Shown here piece by piece: positions 27,468-37,129 of a DNA stretch of 48,506 nucleotides. Numbering within the stretch: the first letter of the stretch is position 1; the number at the start of each line of letters is the position of its first letter. The translations under genes were made by a program, and so were the position numbers. This stretch comes from Candidatus Aenigmatarchaeota archaeon. GTDB taxonomy: Archaea; Aenigmatarchaeota; Aenigmatarchaeia; CG10238-14; SCSR01. The stretch spans positions 1 to 48,506 of the forward strand of contig JACPJS010000010.1 in the NCBI GenBank assembly GCA_016187405.1, written 5' to 3'. The notes beneath the pieces are model-generated. The model worked only from the letters and a program-made list of their open reading frames with translations, ran no database searches and was not told the DNA's origin.

Positions 27468-29288
27468 TTGATGTCAAACGTATTGTCGCCGCTCAATGAC
27501 CTCATTTTAGATAAAGATCCTGGGTTAGGATTGAATGCAAATCCATTCGAGTCAGAGATATATTTAGATTTGACTGGTCCTCTTGGTTCATTGACTGCAC
27601 AATATTATTCTTTGATGTTCCAGTTGCGTAAAAATGGGTTTGAGGTATTCAAGATGGACGAACAGATCGATGTATCGCCGTCATTCAAACAATATTACGA
27701 TTTGACTCTGCAGCAGAACGCTGCGCTTGAAGCCCAGTTGAAAGCCGGACTAGGGCAGGTTGCAAATGCTATACACGATTATGAACTGATTGCACATGAT
27801 TTGAGAAAATACAAGGAATACCTAGATTATTTCGTGAAAATGGAAGAAGGGGAACATTTGATGAAATCTAAGAAAAAAGGTGATATGGAAAAAGGCGAGC
27901 CAATGAAAAAAGAAGGTGCTCAGCTTTTGAAATCTGTGTTCATTGATCAGGTGGATGCACATACGGGTGAAGGTATTGCACTAAGAACAATTACACAGAG
28001 ATGGCCGACGATAATTGTAGACTTTATGCGATTGGATGACAAGGATATTGACCAGAAAGATATAGCGAAAAAATATCAATTTACAGAAGCTGAAGGATCG
28101 ATACTCGCAACTAAGAACAAAATATTCCTCGAATGGAGGGACAATCTATTCAAACCCACATTGCAGGAAAGATACCAGAATATTTTGAGGTTGACTGAAT
28201 CGAGGAGGAATTCTATTCAAAGATATACTGAAATGTTGAAACCAATCGCTGCAAGATATAAACTGATTACAGATTCCTTGGAGGGTTCGCCCGGAAGAGC
28301 ATTTGCTACAGGAGGATTCTTTCAACCTTCTTCCCAAGCATATTCAATAGACCAAACACGAATTTGGGCCTTCCTCCCGTTCGAGCCTGCTGAAAAGTAC
28401 AAGTACACGAGAGAATTTGTCAATGAAATTCCGATAAGTCAAACAGGATTTAAAAAAGACCACATAGAAGAATTAATTAAAATGGGAAAAATCAAAAAGA
28501 AAGATGAAAAAGTGGATTCATTGCCAATCGAGCCGTCCATCGATGAAATTATATGGAGATATTTCGACAGGGTGCAGGATTATTACAAGGTCAAACTAAC
28601 GATAGGTGATATTTTTGAAGCAAGAAAACGTCTTGTTGATTATTTCAAAATGCACATGCCAGAAGTTTATGGAGGATCACTAAAACCAGGAGGAACAACT
28701 TCTGGAAATACATGGATACTCAGTCCGTATTTTGTATTTCTTGACATACCTTTTATAAGAGCAGTTTTGAGAATGCCTAATGGTGATGAACTGGAAAATT
28801 TGATGTTGTCGAACATGACAGTTCAAAATAGATCACAGAATGTTATCATAGTCAATTTGTTGGAAGTAATAGCACGTGAGAAACAGTTAGAAAACTATAT
28901 CAATCAACTCTTGGGTGAAGTTGGAGTTAGTAATCCCGAAGAAGTTAGAAAAGGGAAGATACCTGAATTTGATACAATTGAAAATATGGCGAAGAAACAG
29001 TATCCTAGAATATTCAAAACTAAAGAAGAGTTGGAAAAGGAAGAAAAGAAAAAAATGGAGAAATTAAAAGACCAGAGACCACCGGTAACAAAGGCTAAGA
29101 ATGTAATTGGAGATTTCCTAAATCTATTCGGAATCAAGCTGGGATTCTTCAGAGGAAGGGGCCCTTACGAAATTGCAATGGACGACAGAATTTCAGAAAT
29201 GTATCAGTTGGAAGCTGCATTCCAGGGTTATCTCTTTGTTCTAAGATATTTACAACAAGGTGCAGGAGTACCTGGAGTAAAGGTATAA
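27468..29288 (+). CDS. Large hypothetical, largely helical protein
   Basis: 606-aa ORF with host-like composition; stop overlaps the next ATG. Confidence 0.85.
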   Translation: MMSNVLSPLNDLILDKDPGLGLNANPFESEIYLDLTGPLGSLTAQYYSLMFQLRKNGFEVFKMDEQIDVSPSFKQYYDLTLQQNAALEAQLKAGLGQVANAIHDYELIAHDLRKYKEYLDYFVKMEEGEHLMKSKKKGDMEKGEPMKKEGAQLLKSVFIDQVDAHTGEGIALRTITQRWPTIIVDFMRLDDKDIDQKDIAKKYQFTEAEGSILATKNKIFLEWRDNLFKPTLQERYQNILRLTESRRNSIQRYTEMLKPIAARYKLITDSLEGSPGRAFATGGFFQPSSQAYSIDQTRIWAFLPFEPAEKYKYTREFVNEIPISQTGFKKDHIEELIKMGKIKKKDEKVDSLPIEPSIDEIIWRYFDRVQDYYKVKLTIGDIFEARKRLVDYFKMHMPEVYGGSLKPGGTTSGNTWILSPYFVFLDIPFIRAVLRMPNGDELENLMLSNMTVQNRSQNVIIVNLLEVIAREKQLENYINQLLGEVGVSNPEEVRKGKIPEFDTIENMAKKQYPRIFKTKEELEKEEKKKMEKLKDQRPPVTKAKNVIGDFLNLFGIKLGFFRGRGPYEIAMDDRISEMYQLEAAFQGYLFVLRYLQQGAGVPGVKV

Positions 29289-31126
29289 TGACATATAATA
29301 TTGCTGTTACTAGTGGCTTGTGGAGCATAGCACGTGGAAGAGATCTTGCTGGAATAAAAGCAAAAATTTCTCAGGTTCTTACACAAGGTGTTAATAGCAT
29401 TCAGGTTGATCTTGACAGCGTTTCTGAATTGACCGAACCTGGAATCGAAGACACGATAAGAAGATTCGTTGATGACCTTCAGGTGAAATGGGTCATGCAT
29501 ACCGAGATCATCGAAGAGACTGCACTTGAGACAGCTATGCAAACTACATGGAGGCATTCTCAGAGAAGATTGCACATGTACTTGGACACGCTGTATGAGA
29601 AATTTGTGAAGAAGGGTCTGAAGAAATTACTGCCAGAATACATAAACTTTCATATTTCGATAATGATGTCGATGGGTTATTTTGGTGAACGTTATAGAAT
29701 CGCTGGTATGCCGATGCTAACTTTTGGTGGGGAGTATGATTGGTCTGCAAAATTTTTGGATATACCTGCAAATGAAGATTTGAAAGACTGGTTTAGAAAA
29801 GATATGGTGATGATAGTAATAGGGCGAGAAGCGCCTATAGCTATCACTCCAACAGAACTTAGAATTAGAACTAGGGGTAACGTCGCTGCAAGAAATTTTC
29901 AAAATATGCAGCGTGAAAATCCTTCTGAATTAGGTAGGCGTGTACAGGAATTTCAAAATAGAAATAATAACAGGCAACCTGATCTTGACAATCCTAATGA
30001 TTTGATACAAATAATGGGCGAGCCGAATGAAAAAGATGTGGGTGATGAGTTGATAAAACAATGGTTGGAATACAGTAGGATGAGATTCAACAGAGGTGCT
30101 ATAACAGACGAAGAGGTCGCATATGCTGTAATAACAAAGTATCTTGAACTAAAGAGAAATGATCCAAAAGAACCTTTATGGAAACTTTTCTTCGGCGATA
30201 AAACAATAGATGAAATGGAGGGAAAAATAGGAGAAAAGAAGAAATGGGAGAAACCATTAATCAACATTGATACAAATGAAATTTATTTACACCCTGATGT
30301 AATTGCTATGGTAGCATGCAGATACATTTTAGGCCATTTCGATTCGGATCCAGGAGAATTCTACTTGGACGAGAGTTACAAAACAAATCCTGATAGAGAC
30401 AAAGATCCATTTTTCAAAAAGAAAGCTATAGAAAAATTAAAAGAGATGGGGCCCAATTTGGTTTTGGTTTTTGAGAATCCTGAAGCCGCGCCAGGATCAG
30501 AAGGATTGAGAAGAGTGTTCCATGCGAAGCACATGTATAATTTTGTCAAGGCTGCGCAGGATGTACTGAAAACAAATCAGATACGTTTGTTGATAGATTT
30601 CAATCATTGGCTCAATCAGGGAATAGATCCTGAAAGAGAAGTTGATCAGGTATCAAAGGAGGCCCCTGATTTCGGGAAATATGTATTCGCAACTCACATA
30701 TACAATCCTGTTGGTGTGCACGAGCACATGCCATTTGAAATCCCATCAGACGAACAATTCAGGATGTATGGTTGGTTATACAAATTACGACAGGTTGGGT
30801 TCAAGGACGGTTTCCTTACGTTTGAAAGGGGTGGTGGGCAGAACATGTTGGAAATAGCAAGATCTGTAATACCTGCATTGAGGGAAATCAGAACTCACCT
30901 AGAGAAAGACATAGCACCCGACAAGCTTCCGATGGAGTTCTTCGGTATATCCCCAGAAGGAATTCTATCTCCACAGAGACAGATGGTCATCATACGAGAG
31001 CATGCAAGAGATCCATTGAGAGGATTGATTCTATCTCCAGAAGAGGAACACACAGCATTGGGCAAAGAAGCACTTTCCAAACCTGGCATGACTCCTGAGA
31101 AATGGAAGAAAGAAGAATTAAGATAG
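29288..31126 (+). CDS. Xylose isomerase/AP-endonuclease-2-like TIM barrel with a large insertion
   Basis: Strand-end metal-ligand pattern VMH, INFH, FEN, IDFNH, THI..H, TFE. Confidence 0.7.
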   Translation: MTYNIAVTSGLWSIARGRDLAGIKAKISQVLTQGVNSIQVDLDSVSELTEPGIEDTIRRFVDDLQVKWVMHTEIIEETALETAMQTTWRHSQRRLHMYLDTLYEKFVKKGLKKLLPEYINFHISIMMSMGYFGERYRIAGMPMLTFGGEYDWSAKFLDIPANEDLKDWFRKDMVMIVIGREAPIAITPTELRIRTRGNVAARNFQNMQRENPSELGRRVQEFQNRNNNRQPDLDNPNDLIQIMGEPNEKDVGDELIKQWLEYSRMRFNRGAITDEEVAYAVITKYLELKRNDPKEPLWKLFFGDKTIDEMEGKIGEKKKWEKPLINIDTNEIYLHPDVIAMVACRYILGHFDSDPGEFYLDESYKTNPDRDKDPFFKKKAIEKLKEMGPNLVLVFENPEAAPGSEGLRRVFHAKHMYNFVKAAQDVLKTNQIRLLIDFNHWLNQGIDPEREVDQVSKEAPDFGKYVFATHIYNPVGVHEHMPFEIPSDEQFRMYGWLYKLRQVGFKDGFLTFERGGGQNMLEIARSVIPALREIRTHLEKDIAPDKLPMEFFGISPEGILSPQRQMVIIREHARDPLRGLILSPEEEHTALGKEALSKPGMTPEKWKKEELR

Positions 31127-31185
31127 TTAATTCACCACTTCTAAGTAACAGTAAGCTTTATATACGCTGGATGTGAAAGATATTT

Positions 31186-32046
31186 ATGGTTTTCGAAAAA
31201 CTCGAACAAGATTTGGAAGATACGGAACTTGTAAAGAAGGAAAACAAGGATAACACTATCAATTCAGCCAACAAAGAAACGATAGAAAAGGCTGTTGCGT
31301 TCACAAACTCATTGAGAAAGCAATACGGTGAACTTGTAAAATCAGTTCTTATCTTCGGTTCAAGCGTTAAAGGGACCATGGTTAAGGGTTCTGACATTGA
31401 CATGTGGGTCATTCTTGATGATACTGCGACTAAAGCGTCTCAGGACATCAACAGGATAATCGACCATGCACACATACTGGCAGGTGAGTTCAAAGACATG
31501 CATCTGCAGATCCACACATTGACAGAATTCTGGCAGTCTATAAGAATCGGTTCGCCTGAATTTTCAAACTTTCTTAGATATGGACTTGCAATCTATGACA
31601 CTGGATTCATTAAACCTATCCAAAGAATGTTGCAGATGGGATTGATTCCACCTAGTGACGAGACAATAAGTTTGAAGGCGAGATCATCAATAACAAGATT
31701 CAGAAAAATAAAACAAGAGGTCAAGCTTTTGATTTTCGATTTGAGATACACAATGTTGGACATGGTACAGGCAGTCATCATGCATTATTACAAGGAGACT
31801 CCTGATTACAAGAAAGCACCTGAATTCTTGGAAAAACTTGTGAAACAAAAGAAATTGGAGAAAAAATATGTCGATCTGTTTGTTAAACTGGACAAGTTGT
31901 GGAAGGACATAGATCACAATGAAATAAAGAACGTCACGACTGATCATCTTAATGAAGCCATAGAAACAACAGAAGAGATGATTGAAAGAATGAAGAAACT
32001 TTTGCCAAAAGATTTTGTTGGCGAAGAAATGCCAAAGGAAGGATAG
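31186..32046 (+). CDS. Minimal nucleotidyltransferase (MNT)-HEPN fusion 1
   Basis: GS-X10-DID; C-terminal helical HEPN-like domain with WKDIDH. Confidence 0.85.
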   Translation: MVFEKLEQDLEDTELVKKENKDNTINSANKETIEKAVAFTNSLRKQYGELVKSVLIFGSSVKGTMVKGSDIDMWVILDDTATKASQDINRIIDHAHILAGEFKDMHLQIHTLTEFWQSIRIGSPEFSNFLRYGLAIYDTGFIKPIQRMLQMGLIPPSDETISLKARSSITRFRKIKQEVKLLIFDLRYTMLDMVQAVIMHYYKETPDYKKAPEFLEKLVKQKKLEKKYVDLFVKLDKLWKDIDHNEIKNVTTDHLNEAIETTEEMIERMKKLLPKDFVGEEMPKEG

Positions 32047-32048
32047 AA

Positions 32049-33284
32049 ATGCCGAGAAAAGAAGATGAAAGAGATATTCCTGTAACTGATCCTAGTGAAA
32101 CCAAATTGGAAACCAGAGAACAGAGAATGGAACTTGTTAAAAATTATACAAAGAAAGTCATCGACAAATACGGGCAGTATGTCAAAGCAATTGTAATGAT
32201 GGGTTCTGTTGTGAGAGACGAATTCAAACCAAAAAGTGATATCGATGTTTTTGCAATCGTCGACGACACTACATTCAATCTTACAAACGAAATGTTGGAC
32301 AAGATTGATCAGGACATGCTGAAGATGGCTGATGAGATTCCAGAAGCTTGGATAACTGTAAAGAACGAACATGGTAAGGATGAAAAGATTTGTTTGATAT
32401 CAGTACAACCTGTTTATACATTGACAGAATTCTGGGATTATGCAAGAGTCGCCCATCCAATAATTTACAATTTCATCAAGGAAGGCGTTCCGATTTATGA
32501 TACCGGATTCTTTGCACCAATCAAGAAACTGCTTGAGATGGGAAAGATACCTGCGACAAGAGAGGCTATCGAAAGTTACATGGAAGCTGCACCAAAGAAA
32601 TTGAACCGTGCAAAGACTGTGAAACTTTTGATGTTGGCCGAGGATTGTTATTATGCGATGTTGAACTCTACACAGGCAGTGTTGATGTTCATGGGACTTG
32701 CACCTCCAGTTCCTAGCAAGGCTTATGATGAAGTTATTTTACATTTGGTAAAGACAAACATACTTGAACAACAGTATGCAGATTGGCTGAAAGAAATAAT
32801 TGAAATCAGAAAGAAAATCGAGCACAAGGAACTAATGGATGCGAGTGGTGTATTTGTCGACGAGTGGTTGGAAAAGGCTGAAAAATATGTTGACAAGATG
32901 TTCGGTCTATTGAATGCGCTTGAAATGAGAAAGAAAGAAAAGATTCTCGAAAGAACACATGAGGTAATGTACAAGGCTGCTATAACTGCAATAAAGAGCT
33001 TGAAGAAATTCCCTGAAGACACGAAAGACGCAGATGTTGTTAAGAAAGTTGGTTCTGTATATGACGCATTCAACACAGAACTGGTTCAATCCGGAATACT
33101 CGAAAGTTATTATTCTGACGTGTGGAAAAGGATCGAACAGATGAAGAAATTGTCTGACGAGAAGAAGATTAACGAGGTTCCTGACAGGGATGTTTATGAA
33201 ATGAGAGAGCATGTCAGAAAATTGATTCGTGACTTGGCAAAAGTGTTGAAGGACAAAGGTATATCCGAAGAAAATACGGAATAG
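32049..33284 (+). CDS. MNT-HEPN fusion 2 with an extra C-terminal helical (HEPN-like) domain
   Basis: GS-X10-DID; CYYAMLNSTQAVL; RKKIEH (R-X4-H). Confidence 0.85.
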   Translation: MPRKEDERDIPVTDPSETKLETREQRMELVKNYTKKVIDKYGQYVKAIVMMGSVVRDEFKPKSDIDVFAIVDDTTFNLTNEMLDKIDQDMLKMADEIPEAWITVKNEHGKDEKICLISVQPVYTLTEFWDYARVAHPIIYNFIKEGVPIYDTGFFAPIKKLLEMGKIPATREAIESYMEAAPKKLNRAKTVKLLMLAEDCYYAMLNSTQAVLMFMGLAPPVPSKAYDEVILHLVKTNILEQQYADWLKEIIEIRKKIEHKELMDASGVFVDEWLEKAEKYVDKMFGLLNALEMRKKEKILERTHEVMYKAAITAIKSLKKFPEDTKDADVVKKVGSVYDAFNTELVQSGILESYYSDVWKRIEQMKKLSDEKKINEVPDRDVYEMREHVRKLIRDLAKVLKDKGISEENTE

Positions 33285-34082
33285 ATGCTTATGTCTATCA
33301 AATTTGGTTTGTTAACATATCCTAAACTGAATATAATGGATGAGATTAGGACAATCAAGTCACTTGGATTTGATTATGTGGAAATTGGAATAGAGTTACC
33401 TGAAGGTGCCCCTGAAATTCTGATGAAAAAGAAGAACAAGGTAATGAAACTAGTTTCTGAATTCAGTTATCCTGCAATCGCCCATACAGCATGGTGGATC
33501 GATCTTGGTAGTGGATACGAATATATACGCCAGGCATGGGTAGAGGAATCGAAAAAATGTATCGACACAGCAGAAGCACTTGGACTAAAATTAATCAATT
33601 TTCATTTTTATTCAATCGGGCTGGTAGAAGATTACAAGGCATATCACAGGTTTATTGTCAATAACATCATCAGAAGCCTGAAAGAGATTGTCGAATATGC
33701 AGATAGTAAGGGATTAACTGTAATGTATGAGAATTCTCCTACAAAGAAATCCAATGTAGGGTTTAAGGAATACAAGACAATAATGGACAAAGTTCCGAAA
33801 TTGAAAGTGCATCTGGACATACCTCATGCGTTTGTTGAGAACGGAATGGACGGGATAAAAGAATATCTGTTTTCATTCAAGGATAGAATAGCACACATAC
33901 ATCTACATGACAATGACGGGACTGAAGACCAGCATCTTCCATTGGGTAAAGGTAAGATTGATTTTAAATTGCTCGTGAAATGGCTGCATGAAATAAAATA
34001 CGATAAGACGATTACACTCGAAGTGTTCACTAGCAAAGAAGATGCCAAAGATTCTATGATCAAGTTCAAAAAAATGTTATAG
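33285..34082 (+). CDS. Sugar phosphate isomerase/epimerase / AP-endonuclease-2 family TIM barrel
   Basis: GFDYVEI, INFH, YEN, LDIPH, HIHLHDN..DQHLPLG.G.IDF, TLEV. Confidence 0.9.
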   Translation: MLMSIKFGLLTYPKLNIMDEIRTIKSLGFDYVEIGIELPEGAPEILMKKKNKVMKLVSEFSYPAIAHTAWWIDLGSGYEYIRQAWVEESKKCIDTAEALGLKLINFHFYSIGLVEDYKAYHRFIVNNIIRSLKEIVEYADSKGLTVMYENSPTKKSNVGFKEYKTIMDKVPKLKVHLDIPHAFVENGMDGIKEYLFSFKDRIAHIHLHDNDGTEDQHLPLGKGKIDFKLLVKWLHEIKYDKTITLEVFTSKEDAKDSMIKFKKML

Positions 34083-34123
34083 TAGAGATTTTTAATCTAG
34101 GATTTGAATATTAATACTATAGG

Positions 34124-34429
34124 TTGATCGGAACGAGTTTGGTTATATATCCTCCAGATGAAATTGAGCCTGATGTTGATCATTTATTACGCTCTATGCT
34201 TGATTCATTAGAAGATGAAATTGGAATCTTAGAGGGGATAGAAAGAGGATTGTCATATAATCACCTCCCACTTGGAGCAGCTGATTATAATAGTAGATAT
34301 CGAAAATGGAAAGACATTGCTTATCAAACTGCAGTTGGGTTAGTTGCAAAGTTTCCAGATCAAAAAGATAAGGTAAGAAAGTTGGTTGACAGAGCTTATG
34401 GATTGAAAGATGTTCAATTACCTGAATAG
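34124..34429 (+). CDS. Hypothetical protein (orphan)
   Basis: 101-aa TTG ORF filling the gap; start uncertain. Confidence 0.55.
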   Translation: MIGTSLVIYPPDEIEPDVDHLLRSMLDSLEDEIGILEGIERGLSYNHLPLGAADYNSRYRKWKDIAYQTAVGLVAKFPDQKDKVRKLVDRAYGLKDVQLPE

Positions 34430-34714
34430 ATAAATAATTCCTTTTTGGATTAACCATCCTATGAAAATAATATTCAATATTGTGTTTGAGAATATTCCAA
34501 GGACTGGTAATAGCAAATAAATTCCAGCAATAGTATCTGATAGACTTAACAAATTCTGTTTCATGAATGTGAATCCTATTCCTTTTACAATGAAGAATGC
34601 AACCGCTATCAATGCAATGTTTCTAGGAATCGTACCGTCTGTGAGAATATACAGTATAACAACTGAAACTGCTATCAGTTGAAGTATTCCAGTTATCTTG
34701 TGTTCAGCACCCAT
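34418..34714 (-). CDS. Small membrane protein
   Basis: 3-4 hydrophobic segments; 6 nt after the pduO stop. Confidence 0.7.
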   Translation of the reverse strand: MGAEHKITGILQLIAVSVVILYILTDGTIPRNIALIAVAFFIVKGIGFTFMKQNLLSLSDTIAGIYLLLPVLGIFSNTILNIIFIGWLIQKGIIYLFR

Positions 34715-34720
34715 ACCTAT

Positions 34721-35260
34721 CTATTTAGAATTCCACTCTTTTTCTTCTTTTCCTTCCTTCTTGTTCACGTATCTAGAGAGTGTGAAGAACAGATCTGATA
34801 GTCTGTTTACATATGCAACACAGTTCTCATCAAGTTGTTTTTGTTTTGACAATGATACTATACTTCGTTCGGTCCTTCTGCAAACTGCTCGTGCTACATG
34901 AAACATTGATGCAAGTTTAGTTCCTGTTGGTAAAATGAAATTTTTTAATTCTGGCAATTCTTTTTCAAACTCTAAAATATCTTCTTCAAGCAATTTTATG
35001 TCTTCAATCTTTATTTTCGGTGTGTGTGAATTTTCATTTGATGATGCTAGTTGAGAACCGATTGTGAACAGATTGTTTTGAATAGTTTCTAAAACTGAAT
35101 CAATCTCTTTGTTTTCATTGAATGATCTGATTAAACCAACGTTAGAATTTAGTTCATCTATATTGCCGTAAGATTCGACTTGCAAATTGTCTTTATCGAC
35201 TTTGGTTCCACCGAACAATGATGTTGTACCCTTGTCGCCTTGACCTATGTTGGGTTTCAT
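34721..35260 (-). CDS. pduO: PduO-type ATP:cob(I)alamin adenosyltransferase
   Basis: GDKGTTSL, YGNIDELNS, FILP, ARAVCRRTER, YVNRLSDLFF. Confidence 0.93.
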   Translation of the reverse strand: MKPNIGQGDKGTTSLFGGTKVDKDNLQVESYGNIDELNSNVGLIRSFNENKEIDSVLETIQNNLFTIGSQLASSNENSHTPKIKIEDIKLLEEDILEFEKELPELKNFILPTGTKLASMFHVARAVCRRTERSIVSLSKQKQLDENCVAYVNRLSDLFFTLSRYVNKKEGKEEKEWNSK

Positions 35261-35291
35261 TAATTGAGATTAGAAATTAAGAATTATTAAG

Positions 35292-35711
35292 TTACTCTAG
35301 AAGTTGTGAAACAGCGTAATCAAATCTTTCAGGTGTATAGTGAAGTTTTCCTTCTTTACCTAATTGTTCAAATGCAGCTTGTATTCCACTTCTTCGAAAA
35401 CCTAGCCCACCATAACTCCTAAGATGTGTAATTTTCGTTAAATCAACACATGATTCAGGAGGAATTCTTCGTTCAATCAATCTAAATTCACTTGCAACCT
35501 CTGCAAAAGGCGAAAGATACCTCGAATACCCTAATATATAGGCTAAGGTATTTATTTGAGGTGGTGTCAAAACCTGTTCACCTAATTCCTTCGCGGCTTT
35601 TTGACAAGCTCTTTTCCGATTTATTTCTGCTCTGAAATATTCAGCACTAAGATTATAATTAAATTCTTGTAATCTTTCGTCAATATCTTGATATGTTCTT
35701 GTGGTGGGCAC
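35292..35711 (-). CDS. Hypothetical protein (orphan)
   Basis: 139-aa GTG ORF, co-directional with tfb. Confidence 0.65.
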   Translation of the reverse strand: MPTTRTYQDIDERLQEFNYNLSAEYFRAEINRKRACQKAAKELGEQVLTPPQINTLAYILGYSRYLSPFAEVASEFRLIERRIPPESCVDLTKITHLRSYGGLGFRRSGIQAAFEQLGKEGKLHYTPERFDYAVSQLLE

Positions 35712-35717
35712 TATCCT

Positions 35718-36149
35718 TCACTCTTCTTTGACTCTCTTTTTCTTTTGTATAGGCCTTGGTTTTGGTTCAATTCCATAAAAAGATGGGAAGATTCTTTGTT
35801 TAGATGGTAACTCATAAATTGTGACGTTATGTCCATTTAATCTATCGAAATCCTTTTCCCCGATAGTTGTTTGACTCTCAGGTAATTTAATATCAAAATC
35901 TGTTAGCAAACCGGCAACATCCCCTACTCTGAAGTATCCCATTGCACCAATGGCATCAATGTCTGGTTTGGGTCGTCTATAACTAACAACAACTCCGCAA
36001 CACAACGAACCTGCATAAGCTCCAGAACCAGGTAGTTGCGTAATTACAACTCTTTCTATTGTTGCTCTTCTAGGCTGTAACCAAGGTCGCAAACTTGAGA
36101 AGTCCATAGCGGAAAATGCATATCGAGTTTCAGGTTGGTATGTCGTCAT
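35718..36149 (-). CDS. Hypothetical protein (orphan; C-terminus mimics the TFB C-terminus)
   Basis: Starts 2 nt after the tfb stop; ends KRVKEE. Confidence 0.7.
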   Translation of the reverse strand: MTTYQPETRYAFSAMDFSSLRPWLQPRRATIERVVITQLPGSGAYAGSLCCGVVVSYRRPKPDIDAIGAMGYFRVGDVAGLLTDFDIKLPESQTTIGEKDFDRLNGHNVTIYELPSKQRIFPSFYGIEPKPRPIQKKKRVKEE

Positions 36150-36151
36150 AT

Positions 36152-37129
36152 TTATTCCTCTTTAGCTCTCTTTTCCATCTCGTCTTCAAGATTCAATTTC
36201 TTTACCAATTCAGTGTATCTGTTTCTGATTGTGACTTCTGTGATGTTTGTCGTATCAGCAACTTCTCTTTGTGTTCTCTTTTCACCGATAAGAACGCATG
36301 CTATGTAAATAGCCGCAGCTGCAACACCAGTTGGTCCTTTACCACTTGTTATGTCGTGTTTCTTTGCTTTCTTCAAAATCTCTATAGCCTTTGCCTGTAC
36401 CCTGTCGCTCAATCCCAACATTGAACAGAATCTTGGAACGTAGGACATTGGATCTGCTGGCAAAATTCTGATTTGCAATTCCCTTGAAATGTATCTATAT
36501 GTTCTTCCGATTTCTCTCTTGTCTTCACCAGATGCTTCTGTTATTTCATCCAAAGTTCTTGGTGAACCGAATTCTCTTGAAACTGCATATGTCAAAGCTG
36601 CGATAACTGATTCAATTGATCTTCCTCTGACCAATCCCTTGTTAACAGCCTGCTCGTAATATCTTGCAATTCTTTCGTGAACGCTTCTTGAAAGATTCAA
36701 GAACGAGACAATTCTCTGAAGTTCACTAAGAGCAAAAGAAAGATTTCTATCCTTAGACTTGATTAGTCTCTTGTGCCATTTTGTCAATCTGTAATATTGT
36801 GCTCTCTTCTTTGTTGGAACCTTGTACAATTCACCGACACCCTTGCCAATTTCAGTCGTCATACCCTTGTCGTGTTTTGTGAATGTTAATGGTGCACCAG
36901 ATCTTGCTCTCTTTGACATCTGTTCGGTGTCGAAAGCTCTCCATTCCTGGCCTGTATCTATCATCGATTCTTCCATGACCAATCCACAGTTGGAACAAAC
37001 AAGTTCTCCTCTCTGTGAATCTTCTAGAAAATTAGTATTACCGCAATCAGGACATTTCTTTGAATACTTTGACCCCGTCTTTGAAGGTGGAGCTGTTCTT
37101 GTTGATTTTGATACTTTTCTTTTTGGCAT
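36152..37129 (-). CDS. tfb: Transcription initiation factor B
   Basis: CPDC..CSNC Zn ribbon, EWRAF, HDKG, GLVRGRS, TEVTIRNRY. Confidence 0.98.
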   Translation of the reverse strand: MPKRKVSKSTRTAPPSKTGSKYSKKCPDCGNTNFLEDSQRGELVCSNCGLVMEESMIDTGQEWRAFDTEQMSKRARSGAPLTFTKHDKGMTTEIGKGVGELYKVPTKKRAQYYRLTKWHKRLIKSKDRNLSFALSELQRIVSFLNLSRSVHERIARYYEQAVNKGLVRGRSIESVIAALTYAVSREFGSPRTLDEITEASGEDKREIGRTYRYISRELQIRILPADPMSYVPRFCSMLGLSDRVQAKAIEILKKAKKHDITSGKGPTGVAAAAIYIACVLIGEKRTQREVADTTNITEVTIRNRYTELVKKLNLEDEMEKRAKEE

